From: an uncultured Staphylococcaceae bacterium
GTDB lineage: Bacteria > Bacillota_I > Bacilli_A > RFN20 > CAG-826
NCBI GenBank assembly: GCA_964495145.1
Contig: CAZBUP010000002.1
Location: 1-54,678 of the forward strand
Reading direction: 5' to 3'
DNA length: 54,678 nt
Shown: piece after piece, positions 35,001-44,063 of the stretch
Numbering within the stretch: the first letter of the stretch is position 1
How the letters are laid out: every line of letters begins with the position of its first letter
Program-made: the position numbers and the translations under genes
The notes under the pieces: generated by a model
What the model was told of the DNA's origin: nothing
The model's input: the letters and a program-made list of their open reading frames with translations, nothing else
The model's database searches: none

Positions 35001-37595
35001 TCAATCCTTCAAATCGTACCAAGTGCGGCCTTGGGTGGCCACCACCTGGAGTTTGACCTCGAGCGGGAGGGCGTTTTCCATCGTGTCGAGTACGAGCGGT
35101 TTCAGGATATCGACTTCCTGAAGCGGTACTTTGAATACCAGTTCGTCGTGAATTTGCAAGACGAGGCGGCTGGAAAGATGCCGTTTCGTTATCTCAGCAT
35201 CGATTTTTATCATGGCCAGCTTGATCAAATCGGCGGCCGTGCCTTGGATCGGGGCGTTCATGGCCGCCCGCTTGGCGAATTCCCGGGTTTGGTAGTTGCT
35301 GTCATGGATTTCGCGCAAGTAACGTCTTCGCCCGATTAATGTCGTGACGAAACCATTGGCCTGGACTTGGTCGACCAAGTCGATCATGTATTGCTTGACT
35401 TCGGGATAAGCGGCATAAAAAGCCGTGATGATCTTGCGCGATTCCTCAGGCGGGATTTCCAGTTGTTCGGACAAGCCCCAATCGGAAATGCCGTAGATGA
35501 TCCCAAAGTTGACGGCTTTGGCCTTGCGCCGCATCAAGGAGGTAATCTCCCCATCGTGGGCAAATAGCCGTTTGGCCGTGGCCGCGTGGATGTCCTGGTC
35601 GCGGTTAAACACCTCGATTAAAGCCGGGCAGTGGCTCAAATGGGCCAGAATTCGCAGTTCGATCTGTGAGTAATCGAATGACATCAAAACGTATTTTTCA
35701 TCGGGATAATAGAAAGCTTGGCGCACCAAGCGGCCTTCTTCGTCTCTTAAGGCGATATTCTGGAGGTTCGGGTCGGTGCTTGAAAGGCGGCCGGTGCTCG
35801 TCAACGCTTGGTTGAAGACGGCGTGGAGTTTCCCGTCGGGATAAATTTGGTCGATCAAGGTGTCGATGTAGGTCGAGAGAAGCTTGGCATATTTCCGGTG
35901 CTCCAATAAAAGTGCCGGGAGCGGATGGCGGTCGGCCAATGACTTTAAGACGTCGGCCCCGGTCGAACCTTTGCGGTTTTTGGGTAGACCCAACTCATCA
36001 AACAAGACGAGGCCCACTTGTTTGGGCGAGGCAATGTTGAATTCATGTCCGGCCGTCTCATAGATTTGTTTCGTAACCTGATCGAGCTTTTGTCTGAATG
36101 TCGATCCGATTTGGCCAAGCAGGCGACCGTCGACCGGGAATCCTTCTAGTTCCATCTTGGCCAGGACCAAGGCCAAAGGCATCTCGAGGTCGTATAAAAT
36201 CGCCAGGCTGTCCTTGATATGGAGCTCAGCTTCGATCTTGTGCCAAAGACGCGGCATGAAATAAGCGACCTGGCCGGCATAATTCGGCTTGCCGGTTGCA
36301 AAGAGGGTCGTCTCGTCCTCGAGGGAAAAATTGGCCCCGTACAAACTCAAGATGGCTTCCGGAGCGGTGTTCGACGACGTGTCAAGCGTGTAGGCGGCCA
36401 ACAGCAAATCGATATATGGCCCGGTCATCGTAAAGTCGAACCGGTGGCAGTAGACATAGGTGGCCTTCAGGTCATAGACGTATTTGGTAATGGCGCCATC
36501 GAGGAGGATTTTCCGCAAGGCGGGGTCTTTCCTAGCCGCTTCCAGCGATAAGTAAACGGTCGTCTCCGATCCGCTCAAGGCCAGGCCGTAGACTTCGTTT
36601 TTATGGTAGTTGCCATCGGCGGCGTCAAAGTATAGCCCGACGGCGCCTCGATGCTTGAATCCGGTCAATGAAGCGACTTGGCGGATTTCGAGGGCGACCG
36701 GGTCTTGGTGCCGCCGCCACGAGATCGGCAGTTTGGTCAAAAACGTCTTCAATTCATAGCGGGCCCCAAAGGCGGTGATCGCTTCGAACTCGTAGCCGTG
36801 GTAAACCGTGTCTTCAAGCGAAAACGGCAGTGTCATTTTCGTATCGATGATGGCCAATTGCTTGGAAAGGGCCCCGATCGATTGATGTTCGATTAAATTG
36901 GAAGCGATTTTCCCGCCGATGTCGGCGGCGTGGGCGAGGATGTTTTCAAACGTGTGGTATTCGGCCAAGAGCTTGGTGGCCGTTTTGTCGCCGATGCCGG
37001 GAATGCCGGGCAAGTTGTCGCTGGCATCGCCGCAAAGCCCTTTGTAATCGGGAATCTGTTCCGGGGTCAGCCCATATTCTTCAATCACGCGATCGCGGTT
37101 CATGACCCGGATATCGGACATGCCCCGTTTGATCAGATGGACGTTGATGGTGGCGTTGACGAGTTGCAGGAAATCGCGGTCGGAGGTGTATAAGTGGACC
37201 TCATGGCCGTGATCATGGGCCAGCGCCGCGGCGCTACCGGCCACATCGTCGCCTTCATAGCCGTTCATCTCAAAGGTGAAAACGCCCAAGGCAGAAAGCA
37301 GTTCCCGGGCAATCGGCATTTGGGTGACCAATTCCTCAGGGGCTTTTTTGCGTTGGGCTTTGTAGGATTCCAGTTGCTGATGGCGAAAAGTCTTGGCCCC
37401 GGTGTCAAAGGCGACCAACAAGCCGTCATCGGGCTCGATGTCGTCGAGGATCCGCACCAGCATGTTGGCAAAAATGTAGATGGCGTTCGTGGGAATGCCG
37501 TCTTTGGTCCGCATCAAGGTGGTGCCCGGGTAGGCCGAAGCGTAATAAGCTCTAAACAGGAGTGAATTGCCGTCGATAATCGTCAGTCGCTTCAC
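35001..37595 (-). CDS. polA: DNA polymerase I
   Basis: The 5'-nuclease N-terminus (MKRLTIIDGNSLLFRAYYA) and pol motifs (DYSQIELRILAH, QIHDELVF) are present; 864 aa. The GTG start overlaps the dnaE stop (GTGA). Confidence 0.96.
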   Translation of the reverse strand: MKRLTIIDGNSLLFRAYYASAYPGTTLMRTKDGIPTNAIYIFANMLVRILDDIEPDDGLLVAFDTGAKTFRHQQLESYKAQRKKAPEELVTQMPIARELLSALGVFTFEMNGYEGDDVAGSAAALAHDHGHEVHLYTSDRDFLQLVNATINVHLIKRGMSDIRVMNRDRVIEEYGLTPEQIPDYKGLCGDASDNLPGIPGIGDKTATKLLAEYHTFENILAHAADIGGKIASNLIEHQSIGALSKQLAIIDTKMTLPFSLEDTVYHGYEFEAITAFGARYELKTFLTKLPISWRRHQDPVALEIRQVASLTGFKHRGAVGLYFDAADGNYHKNEVYGLALSGSETTVYLSLEAARKDPALRKILLDGAITKYVYDLKATYVYCHRFDFTMTGPYIDLLLAAYTLDTSSNTAPEAILSLYGANFSLEDETTLFATGKPNYAGQVAYFMPRLWHKIEAELHIKDSLAILYDLEMPLALVLAKMELEGFPVDGRLLGQIGSTFRQKLDQVTKQIYETAGHEFNIASPKQVGLVLFDELGLPKNRKGSTGADVLKSLADRHPLPALLLEHRKYAKLLSTYIDTLIDQIYPDGKLHAVFNQALTSTGRLSSTDPNLQNIALRDEEGRLVRQAFYYPDEKYVLMSFDYSQIELRILAHLSHCPALIEVFNRDQDIHAATAKRLFAHDGEITSLMRRKAKAVNFGIIYGISDWGLSEQLEIPPEESRKIITAFYAAYPEVKQYMIDLVDQVQANGFVTTLIGRRRYLREIHDSNYQTREFAKRAAMNAPIQGTAADLIKLAMIKIDAEITKRHLSSRLVLQIHDELVFKVPLQEVDILKPLVLDTMENALPLEVKLQVVATQGRTWYDLKD

Positions 37596-40500
37596 GGATG
37601 TTCCTCGATGATGGTGATTTTTTCGGCGACGAAATTGGTGGTTTTGTCGGTTTCGACGTGGCCGGAGATGACCACGAGGCGGTTTTTGTCTAGTTGGGTG
37701 GCTACATCGGCGAACGAGCGCGGGAAAACGATCACTTCGATGTCGCCCGTATCGTCATAGACGGTCATGAAGGCCATCGGTTGTCCGGATTTGGTCTTGA
37801 TGACTTTCCGGGCCCGGATGATGCCCCCGATGGTTAACGACCCTTTAGCTTCCTTGGCTTCGTTGATTGAGGTCAAGTTATACCCGCGCAGGAGGGCTTT
37901 CTTGTGTTTATAAGGCGAAGCCGACAAGACCACGCCCAGCGATTCGAGTTCGCGGTCGACGTTTTCGATCATGTCGTCGGCGGCATTGACGAGGCGTGCG
38001 TTCGGGATGTTGTTGTTTTTGATCAGGCTTTCGGGCTGTTCGTCCAGGGCGCTGTGAATGGCGGCGTTTTGAAGGCCGTTTGATATCGACGCCCGCAAGG
38101 TCGCCCGCGATTTGTGGATGACATCGAACGATCCGGCGTCGATTAAATGCTCGATTTGCTTGGGGCTGATTTTGTCGGTATAGAGTCGGGTGATGAACTC
38201 ATAGAAACTCTTGAAAGGGCCATTTAATTCCCGTTCTTCGATGATGCGCGCGGCCAAATCCGAAGAAATGCCGCGAATGGCGTTCAACGGAAAATACAGC
38301 TTTTGGTCATGGACGCTGAACGAAAGGCGCGACTGGTTGATGTCGGGATTGACGATCGTCACTTTCAGTTGTTGCAATTCCTCGATGTAGTAAGAGAATT
38401 TCGTATCGTTGATGGCGTTACTGGTTTCGAGGATGGCCGCGTAGAACTCATAGGGATAATAAACCTTCAAATAAGCCATTTGGCAGGCCAAGACGGCATA
38501 GGCGACCGAATGCGATTTGTTGAAACCGTAATCGGCGAATTTGTAGATATGGTTGAAAACCGAGACGGCATGGGCTTGGTGATAGCCTTTGCGGATGGCC
38601 CCTTCGACGAAATTTTCTTGGAGCTCGCGAAGTTTTTCGGCGTCTTTCTTGCTGACGGCCCGCCGGAACAAATCGGCTTCCGCCAACGAAAATCCGGCCA
38701 TGCGCTCGGCGATTTGCATGATTTGCTCTTGGTAGATGATGATGCCATAAGTCGGCATCAGGATGTCGTTGAGTTGGACGTCGAGTATCGACACGTTTTC
38801 GGCGCCGGCTTTCCGGGCGGCGTAACTGGCCAGATTGTCCATCGGGCCGGGGCGGAAGATTGCCAAAAGAACCACGATGTCGTCAAAGCTGGTCGGTTTG
38901 ATTTCCTTGATGGCCCGGCGCATCCCGTCGCTTTCAAGCTGGAACAAGCCCATGGTCAAGCCGGTCCGAATCAAATCGAAAATTTTGCTGTCGGTATAGG
39001 GAATGGCGTTCATGGCCAGGTCGATACCATGGTTTTCCTTGATCAATTTCAAGCAATTGTCGACGATGGTCAAATTGCGCAATCCGAGTATGTCCATCTT
39101 AAGGAAACCTTGGTCTTCGAGATAATCCATCTCGTATTGGGTGATTAAGTTTCCGTTATTTTCGATCACCGGCAAGGACAGACGAATGTCTTCGTCGTTC
39201 AAAACGACGCCGGCTGGATGCATGCCGCTTTGACGGATCAATCCTTCGATCCGAGTCGCCAATTTGACGATTTCAAGACATTCCTTATCGGCCAGGACCA
39301 CGTTCTTGAAAGCCGGGATCCGCTTGAAGGCGGTTCTTAGATCGAGTTTGCTGTCCGGGAGCGATTTGGCCATGGCTTCGATCGTCCGGGGCGAAAACTT
39401 ATAGACGCGGCCGATGTCGCGGATGGCTTGCTTGGCTTGAATCGTTTGGAAGGTGATGATGTTGGCCACCCGGTCAGCGCCGTATTTCTGGCGCAGGTAA
39501 TCGATGACTTCCTCGCGGCGAATATCGGCAAAGTCGATGTCGATGTCCGGCATCGTCTTGCGCGAGGGATTCAAGAACCGTTCGAAAAGAAGTTGGTATT
39601 TGATGGGGTCGATGTCGGTTATTTCCAGGGCGTAGCTCACCAAAGATCCGGGCGCCGAACCCCGGCCAGGGCCGACCGGTATCCCGCCGGCGCGGGCATG
39701 GTTCACATAATCGGAGACGATGAGGAAATAATCGGAATAGCCCATCTCGTCAATCATGCGCAGCTCATAATCAAGCCGTTGGAGATATTCGATGTTGGTG
39801 AAGTCGATATTGCGCTTCTGCAACCCGACGATGGCCATTTCCCGGAGCATCATGGCCGAAGACTGGTTTTTGGCTTTCGGGAATTGGAGCAATGCCCCCC
39901 GCTTCTGACTGAAAGTGAACTTGACCTGGCTGGCCAACAGGCCCGTCAAGGCGATTTCTTCAGGGGTGTAGCGTTCCTCGATTTGCTCGGTTTCGTACAA
40001 ATAATAGGGCCCGGATTCTTCATGTTCTTCAATGGTTTCGTCATGGGCAATCGCATGGGTGATTTTCAGGATGATGGCGTCGCTGGACTTGTGGTACTTG
40101 ATGAATGGGAAGGCCATCGTTTCGTAATTGTATTTCTTGGCGACTTCCCGGAGATGGTCGGCTAAGTCGCCGTCGCTGGAAGCGTAGATTTCTAAGCCGA
40201 GGTAAATGCCGGGGAAAACGGCGTCCAGTTGGGCCAAAGCCGGCGGGATGGCCGCTTGATCGGTATTGAAAAGATGGGGAAGCTGGCCTTGCCTGGTCGA
40301 GACGATGGCCAACAAACCATCGCGGTGTTCTTTTAGAAAATCGGCCTTTAACGGCTGACGAGACAGGGCGCTCGTGATTTGAATCAGGTTGCGGTATCCG
40401 GTTTCGTCGACGGCCAGTAGCGTGATTAATTCTTCGTTAAACCGAATGTCGAGGCCGGGGATGGCGTCGAGTTGTTGCTTGTGGGCTTCGGCAAAGAACT

Positions 40501-40642
40501 CCGGGAGCCCGAACAAGACCTGATAATCGGTAATCGCCGCGGCTTTGAAGTTCTTTTCCTTTAAGGCATTGACCAAATGAGCCACGGTAAAACCGCTTTG
40601 CAGGAACGAATAGGACGTATAAATATGAAGCGGTGTGAACAT
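37592..40642 (-). CDS. dnaE: DNA polymerase III alpha subunit (DnaE type)
   Basis: The PHP N-terminus (FTPLHIYTSYSFLQS) and polIII alpha core motifs (PDIDIDF, GLLKMDILGL) are present; 1016 aa. RBS is AAGAGG. Confidence 0.95.
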   Translation of the reverse strand: MFTPLHIYTSYSFLQSGFTVAHLVNALKEKNFKAAAITDYQVLFGLPEFFAEAHKQQLDAIPGLDIRFNEELITLLAVDETGYRNLIQITSALSRQPLKADFLKEHRDGLLAIVSTRQGQLPHLFNTDQAAIPPALAQLDAVFPGIYLGLEIYASSDGDLADHLREVAKKYNYETMAFPFIKYHKSSDAIILKITHAIAHDETIEEHEESGPYYLYETEQIEERYTPEEIALTGLLASQVKFTFSQKRGALLQFPKAKNQSSAMMLREMAIVGLQKRNIDFTNIEYLQRLDYELRMIDEMGYSDYFLIVSDYVNHARAGGIPVGPGRGSAPGSLVSYALEITDIDPIKYQLLFERFLNPSRKTMPDIDIDFADIRREEVIDYLRQKYGADRVANIITFQTIQAKQAIRDIGRVYKFSPRTIEAMAKSLPDSKLDLRTAFKRIPAFKNVVLADKECLEIVKLATRIEGLIRQSGMHPAGVVLNDEDIRLSLPVIENNGNLITQYEMDYLEDQGFLKMDILGLRNLTIVDNCLKLIKENHGIDLAMNAIPYTDSKIFDLIRTGLTMGLFQLESDGMRRAIKEIKPTSFDDIVVLLAIFRPGPMDNLASYAARKAGAENVSILDVQLNDILMPTYGIIIYQEQIMQIAERMAGFSLAEADLFRRAVSKKDAEKLRELQENFVEGAIRKGYHQAHAVSVFNHIYKFADYGFNKSHSVAYAVLACQMAYLKVYYPYEFYAAILETSNAINDTKFSYYIEELQQLKVTIVNPDINQSRLSFSVHDQKLYFPLNAIRGISSDLAARIIEERELNGPFKSFYEFITRLYTDKISPKQIEHLIDAGSFDVIHKSRATLRASISNGLQNAAIHSALDEQPESLIKNNNIPNARLVNAADDMIENVDRELESLGVVLSASPYKHKKALLRGYNLTSINEAKEAKGSLTIGGIIRARKVIKTKSGQPMAFMTVYDDTGDIEVIVFPRSFADVATQLDKNRLVVISGHVETDKTTNFVAEKITIIEEHP

Positions 40643-40716
40643 GGCGAAAACCTCTTTGTAATCTTATCACATTTTCGGCCGACCCGATATCGGAAAAGCG
40701 GCCGCGTTATTCGAGA

Positions 40717-41712
40717 TTATTCGAATAAAGCGTCAAGGGCGGCAACGAATTTCGGGAGTTCGTCCAGGGTATCGATCTTGGCGCCGCTGGCTTGGGCATG
40801 GCCGCCCCCGCCGAACTGGGCCGCCACCTGGTTGATGGCCTTTTCCTTGGAACGAATCGAGATACGCCAAACACTGTCTTTGGGGTCTTCGCTGATCGAA
40901 CACCAGGCGTTGATGCCGTCGATGTTCGAGAAGATGTTGACGTTTTCTTTGCCGCGTTCGGGGGTGATTTTCAGTTGCTGTTGGATCTCGCGGCTCAATA
41001 GATAATAAGCTACCCCATGAGGAGAGATGGTGAAGTTATTGAGGACATAGGCGGTGACCTTAAGGTCATCGATGTTTTTCAAATACATTTTTTGATAGAC
41101 GTCGCGCGACAAATCGATGCCGGTTTCCAGCAAAATGCGGGCGGCCTCGAACGTATGAGGGGAAGTCGATGAATACATGAAGCGGCCCGAGTCTCCGGCG
41201 ATGCCGGAATATAAGTAGGCGGCCGTCGTTTTCGAAAGGACGCGCCGGCCCGGGAACTGGGCGATCAAACTGGTGATGATTTCGCTCGTGGCGGCCATTG
41301 TCGTCACTTCGAGATTGAGGTTCCCAAAGGAATCAACCACCGGATGATGGTCGATTTTAATGACGCAGGCGGCCTTGGCAAAGCGACTGTCGGCGACCCG
41401 TTCCCGATTGCCGGTGTCCAGCACGATGGCCAAAAACGGCGTTTCGAAGTAGGCGTCGTCGATGACTTCCATCGGTGGATATAACCGCGGCGTGAACGTC
41501 GTGTGGTCGTCGCCGACGTAACGGATGTCTTTCAAGGGGAAATTTTCCTTGAGCCAAGCGACGAAACCCATTTGGGTTCCTAGGGCGTCGAAGTCGGGAA
41601 TCAAGTGGCGGAAGACGACGATGTGATCGTACTTGACGATTTGACGGAATATCTGCTTCAGTATGTGACGGTAAGGCCGGCTGGCCTTTTTGATGATGGG
41701 GTTATTTTTCAT
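40717..41712 (-). CDS. nrnA: DHH-family phosphoesterase (NrnA-like oligoribonuclease/pAp phosphatase)
   Basis: DHH motifs RHLIPDFDALG, LDTGN, KIDHHP and DHHA1 GGGGHAQASGA are present. It is adjacent to dnaE, as ytqI is in B. subtilis. Confidence 0.85.
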   Translation of the reverse strand: MKNNPIIKKASRPYRHILKQIFRQIVKYDHIVVFRHLIPDFDALGTQMGFVAWLKENFPLKDIRYVGDDHTTFTPRLYPPMEVIDDAYFETPFLAIVLDTGNRERVADSRFAKAACVIKIDHHPVVDSFGNLNLEVTTMAATSEIITSLIAQFPGRRVLSKTTAAYLYSGIAGDSGRFMYSSTSPHTFEAARILLETGIDLSRDVYQKMYLKNIDDLKVTAYVLNNFTISPHGVAYYLLSREIQQQLKITPERGKENVNIFSNIDGINAWCSISEDPKDSVWRISIRSKEKAINQVAAQFGGGGHAQASGAKIDTLDELPKFVAALDALFE

Positions 41713-41732
41713 AAGACACGCTCCATAGACAA

Positions 41733-41761
41733 ATTGTATGCCATCAGGTTTGATTTACCAA
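41733..41761 (-). promoter_or_regulatory. Sigma-A type promoter of nrnA (and possibly of the downstream dnaE-polA-mutM/coaE genes)
   Basis: On the minus strand: TTGGTA (41761-41756), 17-nt spacer, TACAAT (41738-41733). Confidence 0.5.
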
Positions 41762-41817
41762 GTAATTTAAATCCAACAATCTTATTTTATGATGGCCGTT
41801 ATGCTATTGTGAAAAAG

Positions 41818-42717
41818 ATGAAAAACCGCTTGAAAACGGAAATGTTCTTAACGATGGCCGCGGCCGAACGGGCCAGCCGCCCGACGACGATGGAACCCGG
41901 TTCCAAAACTTGGGGCTCTGTTTGCCCATTTCTCGACCAAACCGGGGCAGCCTCGTGCCTGCAGCGAATGATCGACGCGAGAAAACCCCTCCTGAGAGCG
42001 GAACTTTTGTCACACTATCGGAGTTATTTCTTGATTGATCATGCCGACGGCGAAAACCGTGTTTGGATCAATCAAACCATGACGGGCTTCATGCGTGATG
42101 AGCCCTTGCTTCCGTGGGCTTCCAGCGATGAAATGAATATCGATTCGAGTAACTTAGCCCGCTTATTGCCCTTGGCTTGGCGTTTTTCCCGCCATATGGC
42201 GATTGATGGCAAAACCATATCCGCTCGCTATGAGTTGATTCACCAGTTGACGACCTTAAGCGTCGGCCATCGCCGAGCCAGCCTAGGGGCCGGGTTACTT
42301 ATTTCGGCAGCAACGGAGATCATCAAGTCACGGCGGAAATACGGCCGTCCGTTGACGACCCGGCGTCTAGTCAACGCCCTGAGGAAGGGCATCCAAGCTG
42401 CATTAAGTTTCTATCATTCGTCGAGCGAATATCGGGGCGAAGCCGGCCACTACGCCCTCTTGCAAACCAATCGGCTTGGCCGCCTCCATCTTGAGGAAGT
42501 CCCTGAACGGGAATTACATGCGTCACATTATGTCGTTGACACGGTTATCTTGACGCTATGGCTCATGATCCATGTCAAAAACAAAACTGAATATTACCGT
42601 CGCCTCGAAGCGATCCGATCCCCGGAAGTCGGGGCCTGTTCGGGCGGCTTGTTGGGTTTGGCATATGGGTCGCGATATATTAAAAAAGATCCAAGCCGTA
42701 ACCTGGATCTTGATTGA
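41818..42717 (+). CDS. ADP-ribosylglycohydrolase (ARH/DraG)-like protein with a degenerate metal-binding site
   Basis: SSNLARLLPLAW and ASHYVVDTVILTLWL...GGLLGLAYG are collinear with ARH-family motifs, but the GGDxDT motif is replaced by RSPEVG. The start is uncertain: ATG 41818 is the first in-frame ATG outside nrnA. The ORF-track 41605 start lies antisense inside nrnA. Confidence 0.55.
   Translation: MKNRLKTEMFLTMAAAERASRPTTMEPGSKTWGSVCPFLDQTGAASCLQRMIDARKPLLRAELLSHYRSYFLIDHADGENRVWINQTMTGFMRDEPLLPWASSDEMNIDSSNLARLLPLAWRFSRHMAIDGKTISARYELIHQLTTLSVGHRRASLGAGLLISAATEIIKSRRKYGRPLTTRRLVNALRKGIQAALSFYHSSSEYRGEAGHYALLQTNRLGRLHLEEVPERELHASHYVVDTVILTLWLMIHVKNKTEYYRRLEAIRSPEVGACSGGLLGLAYGSRYIKKDPSRNLDLD
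42681..42711 (-). terminator. Intrinsic terminator of ackA, embedded in the 3' end of the convergent ARH-like gene
   Basis: On the minus strand: AAGATCCA-ggttacggct-TGGATCTT followed by TTTTTAATAT. The plus-strand stem arms are at 42687-42693 and 42704-42710. Confidence 0.6.
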
Positions 42718-42731
42718 GACATTTGAAAATT

Positions 42732-43925
42732 TTACTCACTTAGGATGCGGTAGGTGTCGCGGGCGATCATCACTTCTTCGTCGGTTGGGATGATAGCGAC
42801 GGTGATGGCGCTTTCCGGAGTGGAGATGATGGCTTTTTTCCCGCGAAGAGGCAGGTTCAATTCGGCATCGTAGCCAATGTTAAGCGCTTCCTTGATCTCG
42901 TCGAGGATCATGGCTCGGTAGAACCCGGCATTTTCGCCGACCCCGGCCGAGAATATGATCAAGTCGGCCCCGCCGAGCCGGACGAAATACTGACCGATGT
43001 AGTCGGCGATGCGCCGCACGAACAGTTGGCTGGTCAAAATGGCGCGGGGGTTGCCCTTATAGACCTCGGCTTCGACTTCGCGGGTATCGTTGGAAATGCC
43101 GGACACGCCGAGAATGCCGGATTTTTTATTGAAAATGTCATACATTTCTTCGTGGGTTTTCCCGCTGCGCAACGCGGCAAAGTGCAATACAGAAGGATCG
43201 ATGTCGCCGGTCCGGGTCCCCATCATCAAGCCACCAAGCGGGGTCAGGCCCATGGTCGTGGCCACGCATTTTCCATCTTTGATGGCGGCAATCGAAGCGC
43301 CGGAGCCGATGTGGCAGGAAATGATTTTAGAGTGAGCCGGATTGTTCAGCAGTTTGATGCCTTCATCGGCTAAATATTGATGCGAGGTGCCGTGGAAACC
43401 ATACCGGCGGATGTCATATTGTTCGTAATATTCGTAAGGGATGGGAAATAGGTAGTCCTGTGGTTCCATCGTTTGGTGGAAAGCGGTGTCGAACACGGCG
43501 ACGTGGCCGACATTGGGCAAAATCGATTTGAAAGCTTGATAACCGACCAAATTCGGTTTGTTGTGCAAGGGAGCCAGTGGTATCAAGGCTTCGATGTTGG
43601 CGGCGCAGGCGTCGTCGAAGCGCGTGCTCTTGGCATAATACTTGCCGCCTTGGACGACCCGGTGGCCGACCCCGACGATTTCTTCGTAGCTGGCGATGAT
43701 GTGGTTGTCAACCAAAGCCTTCAGCAGCAATTCGACGCCGACGGCGTGGTTGGGCAACGGATGGATGACGCGGATCTTTTGATCGGCAAAATCGATTTTA
43801 AAGACGCCGTCGTCATGCCCGATTCGATCGGCCATGCCGGAACAGATGACTTGCTCCGATGGCATGTCGAACAATTTGAACTTCAAGCTCGAGGAACCGG
43901 CATTGACGGCGAGGATTTTTCCCAT
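42732..43925 (-). CDS. ackA: Acetate kinase
   Basis: MGKILAVNAGSSSLKFKLF and RYGFHGTSHQY are canonical motifs. AAGGAG lies 7 nt upstream of ATG 43925; the ORF-track start at 43946 is upstream of the RBS. Confidence 0.95.
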   Translation of the reverse strand: MGKILAVNAGSSSLKFKLFDMPSEQVICSGMADRIGHDDGVFKIDFADQKIRVIHPLPNHAVGVELLLKALVDNHIIASYEEIVGVGHRVVQGGKYYAKSTRFDDACAANIEALIPLAPLHNKPNLVGYQAFKSILPNVGHVAVFDTAFHQTMEPQDYLFPIPYEYYEQYDIRRYGFHGTSHQYLADEGIKLLNNPAHSKIISCHIGSGASIAAIKDGKCVATTMGLTPLGGLMMGTRTGDIDPSVLHFAALRSGKTHEEMYDIFNKKSGILGVSGISNDTREVEAEVYKGNPRAILTSQLFVRRIADYIGQYFVRLGGADLIIFSAGVGENAGFYRAMILDEIKEALNIGYDAELNLPLRGKKAIISTPESAITVAIIPTDEEVMIARDTYRILSE

Positions 43926-43950
43926 AACAATTCTCCTTGGCAACATTAAA

Positions 43951-43979
43951 ATATTAGTGGATTACCCCTTTTTTAGCAA
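43951..43979 (-). promoter_or_regulatory. Sigma-A type promoter of ackA
   Basis: On the minus strand: TTGCTA (43979-43974), 17-nt spacer, TAATAT (43956-43951). Confidence 0.6.
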
Positions 43980-44063
43980 GGAAATATCAGCGTGATCCAT
44001 GCGCTTTTCATAGGAATGAAGAACCGCGTTTTGTATAATTAGAATATCGACGGAGGTGATATC

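Noticed and set aside
40707-40728. A direct repeat TTATTCGA-GA-TTATTCGA that includes the perfect 12-nt palindrome TTATTCGAATAA at the nrnA stop codon.
   Set aside because: It is short and AT-rich, overlaps the coding end (…ALFE-stop), has no second copy in the window and no associated T-tract. It is probably fortuitous.
41605-41817. The N-terminal 71 codons of the ORF-track version of the ARH-like gene (MAEDDDVIVLDD...).
   Set aside because: This stretch is antisense to the nrnA 5' coding region and covers the nrnA promoter. It contains no ARH-like sequence. The gene more plausibly starts at or after ATG 41818.
43991-44010. A cre-like sequence TGAAAAGCGCATGGATCA upstream of the ackA -35 element, the position at which CcpA activates ackA in B. 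subtilis.
   Set aside because: It does not fit the cre consensus TGWAANCGNTNWCA without an insertion, because the central CG is out of register and the right half is wrong. It is too weak to call.
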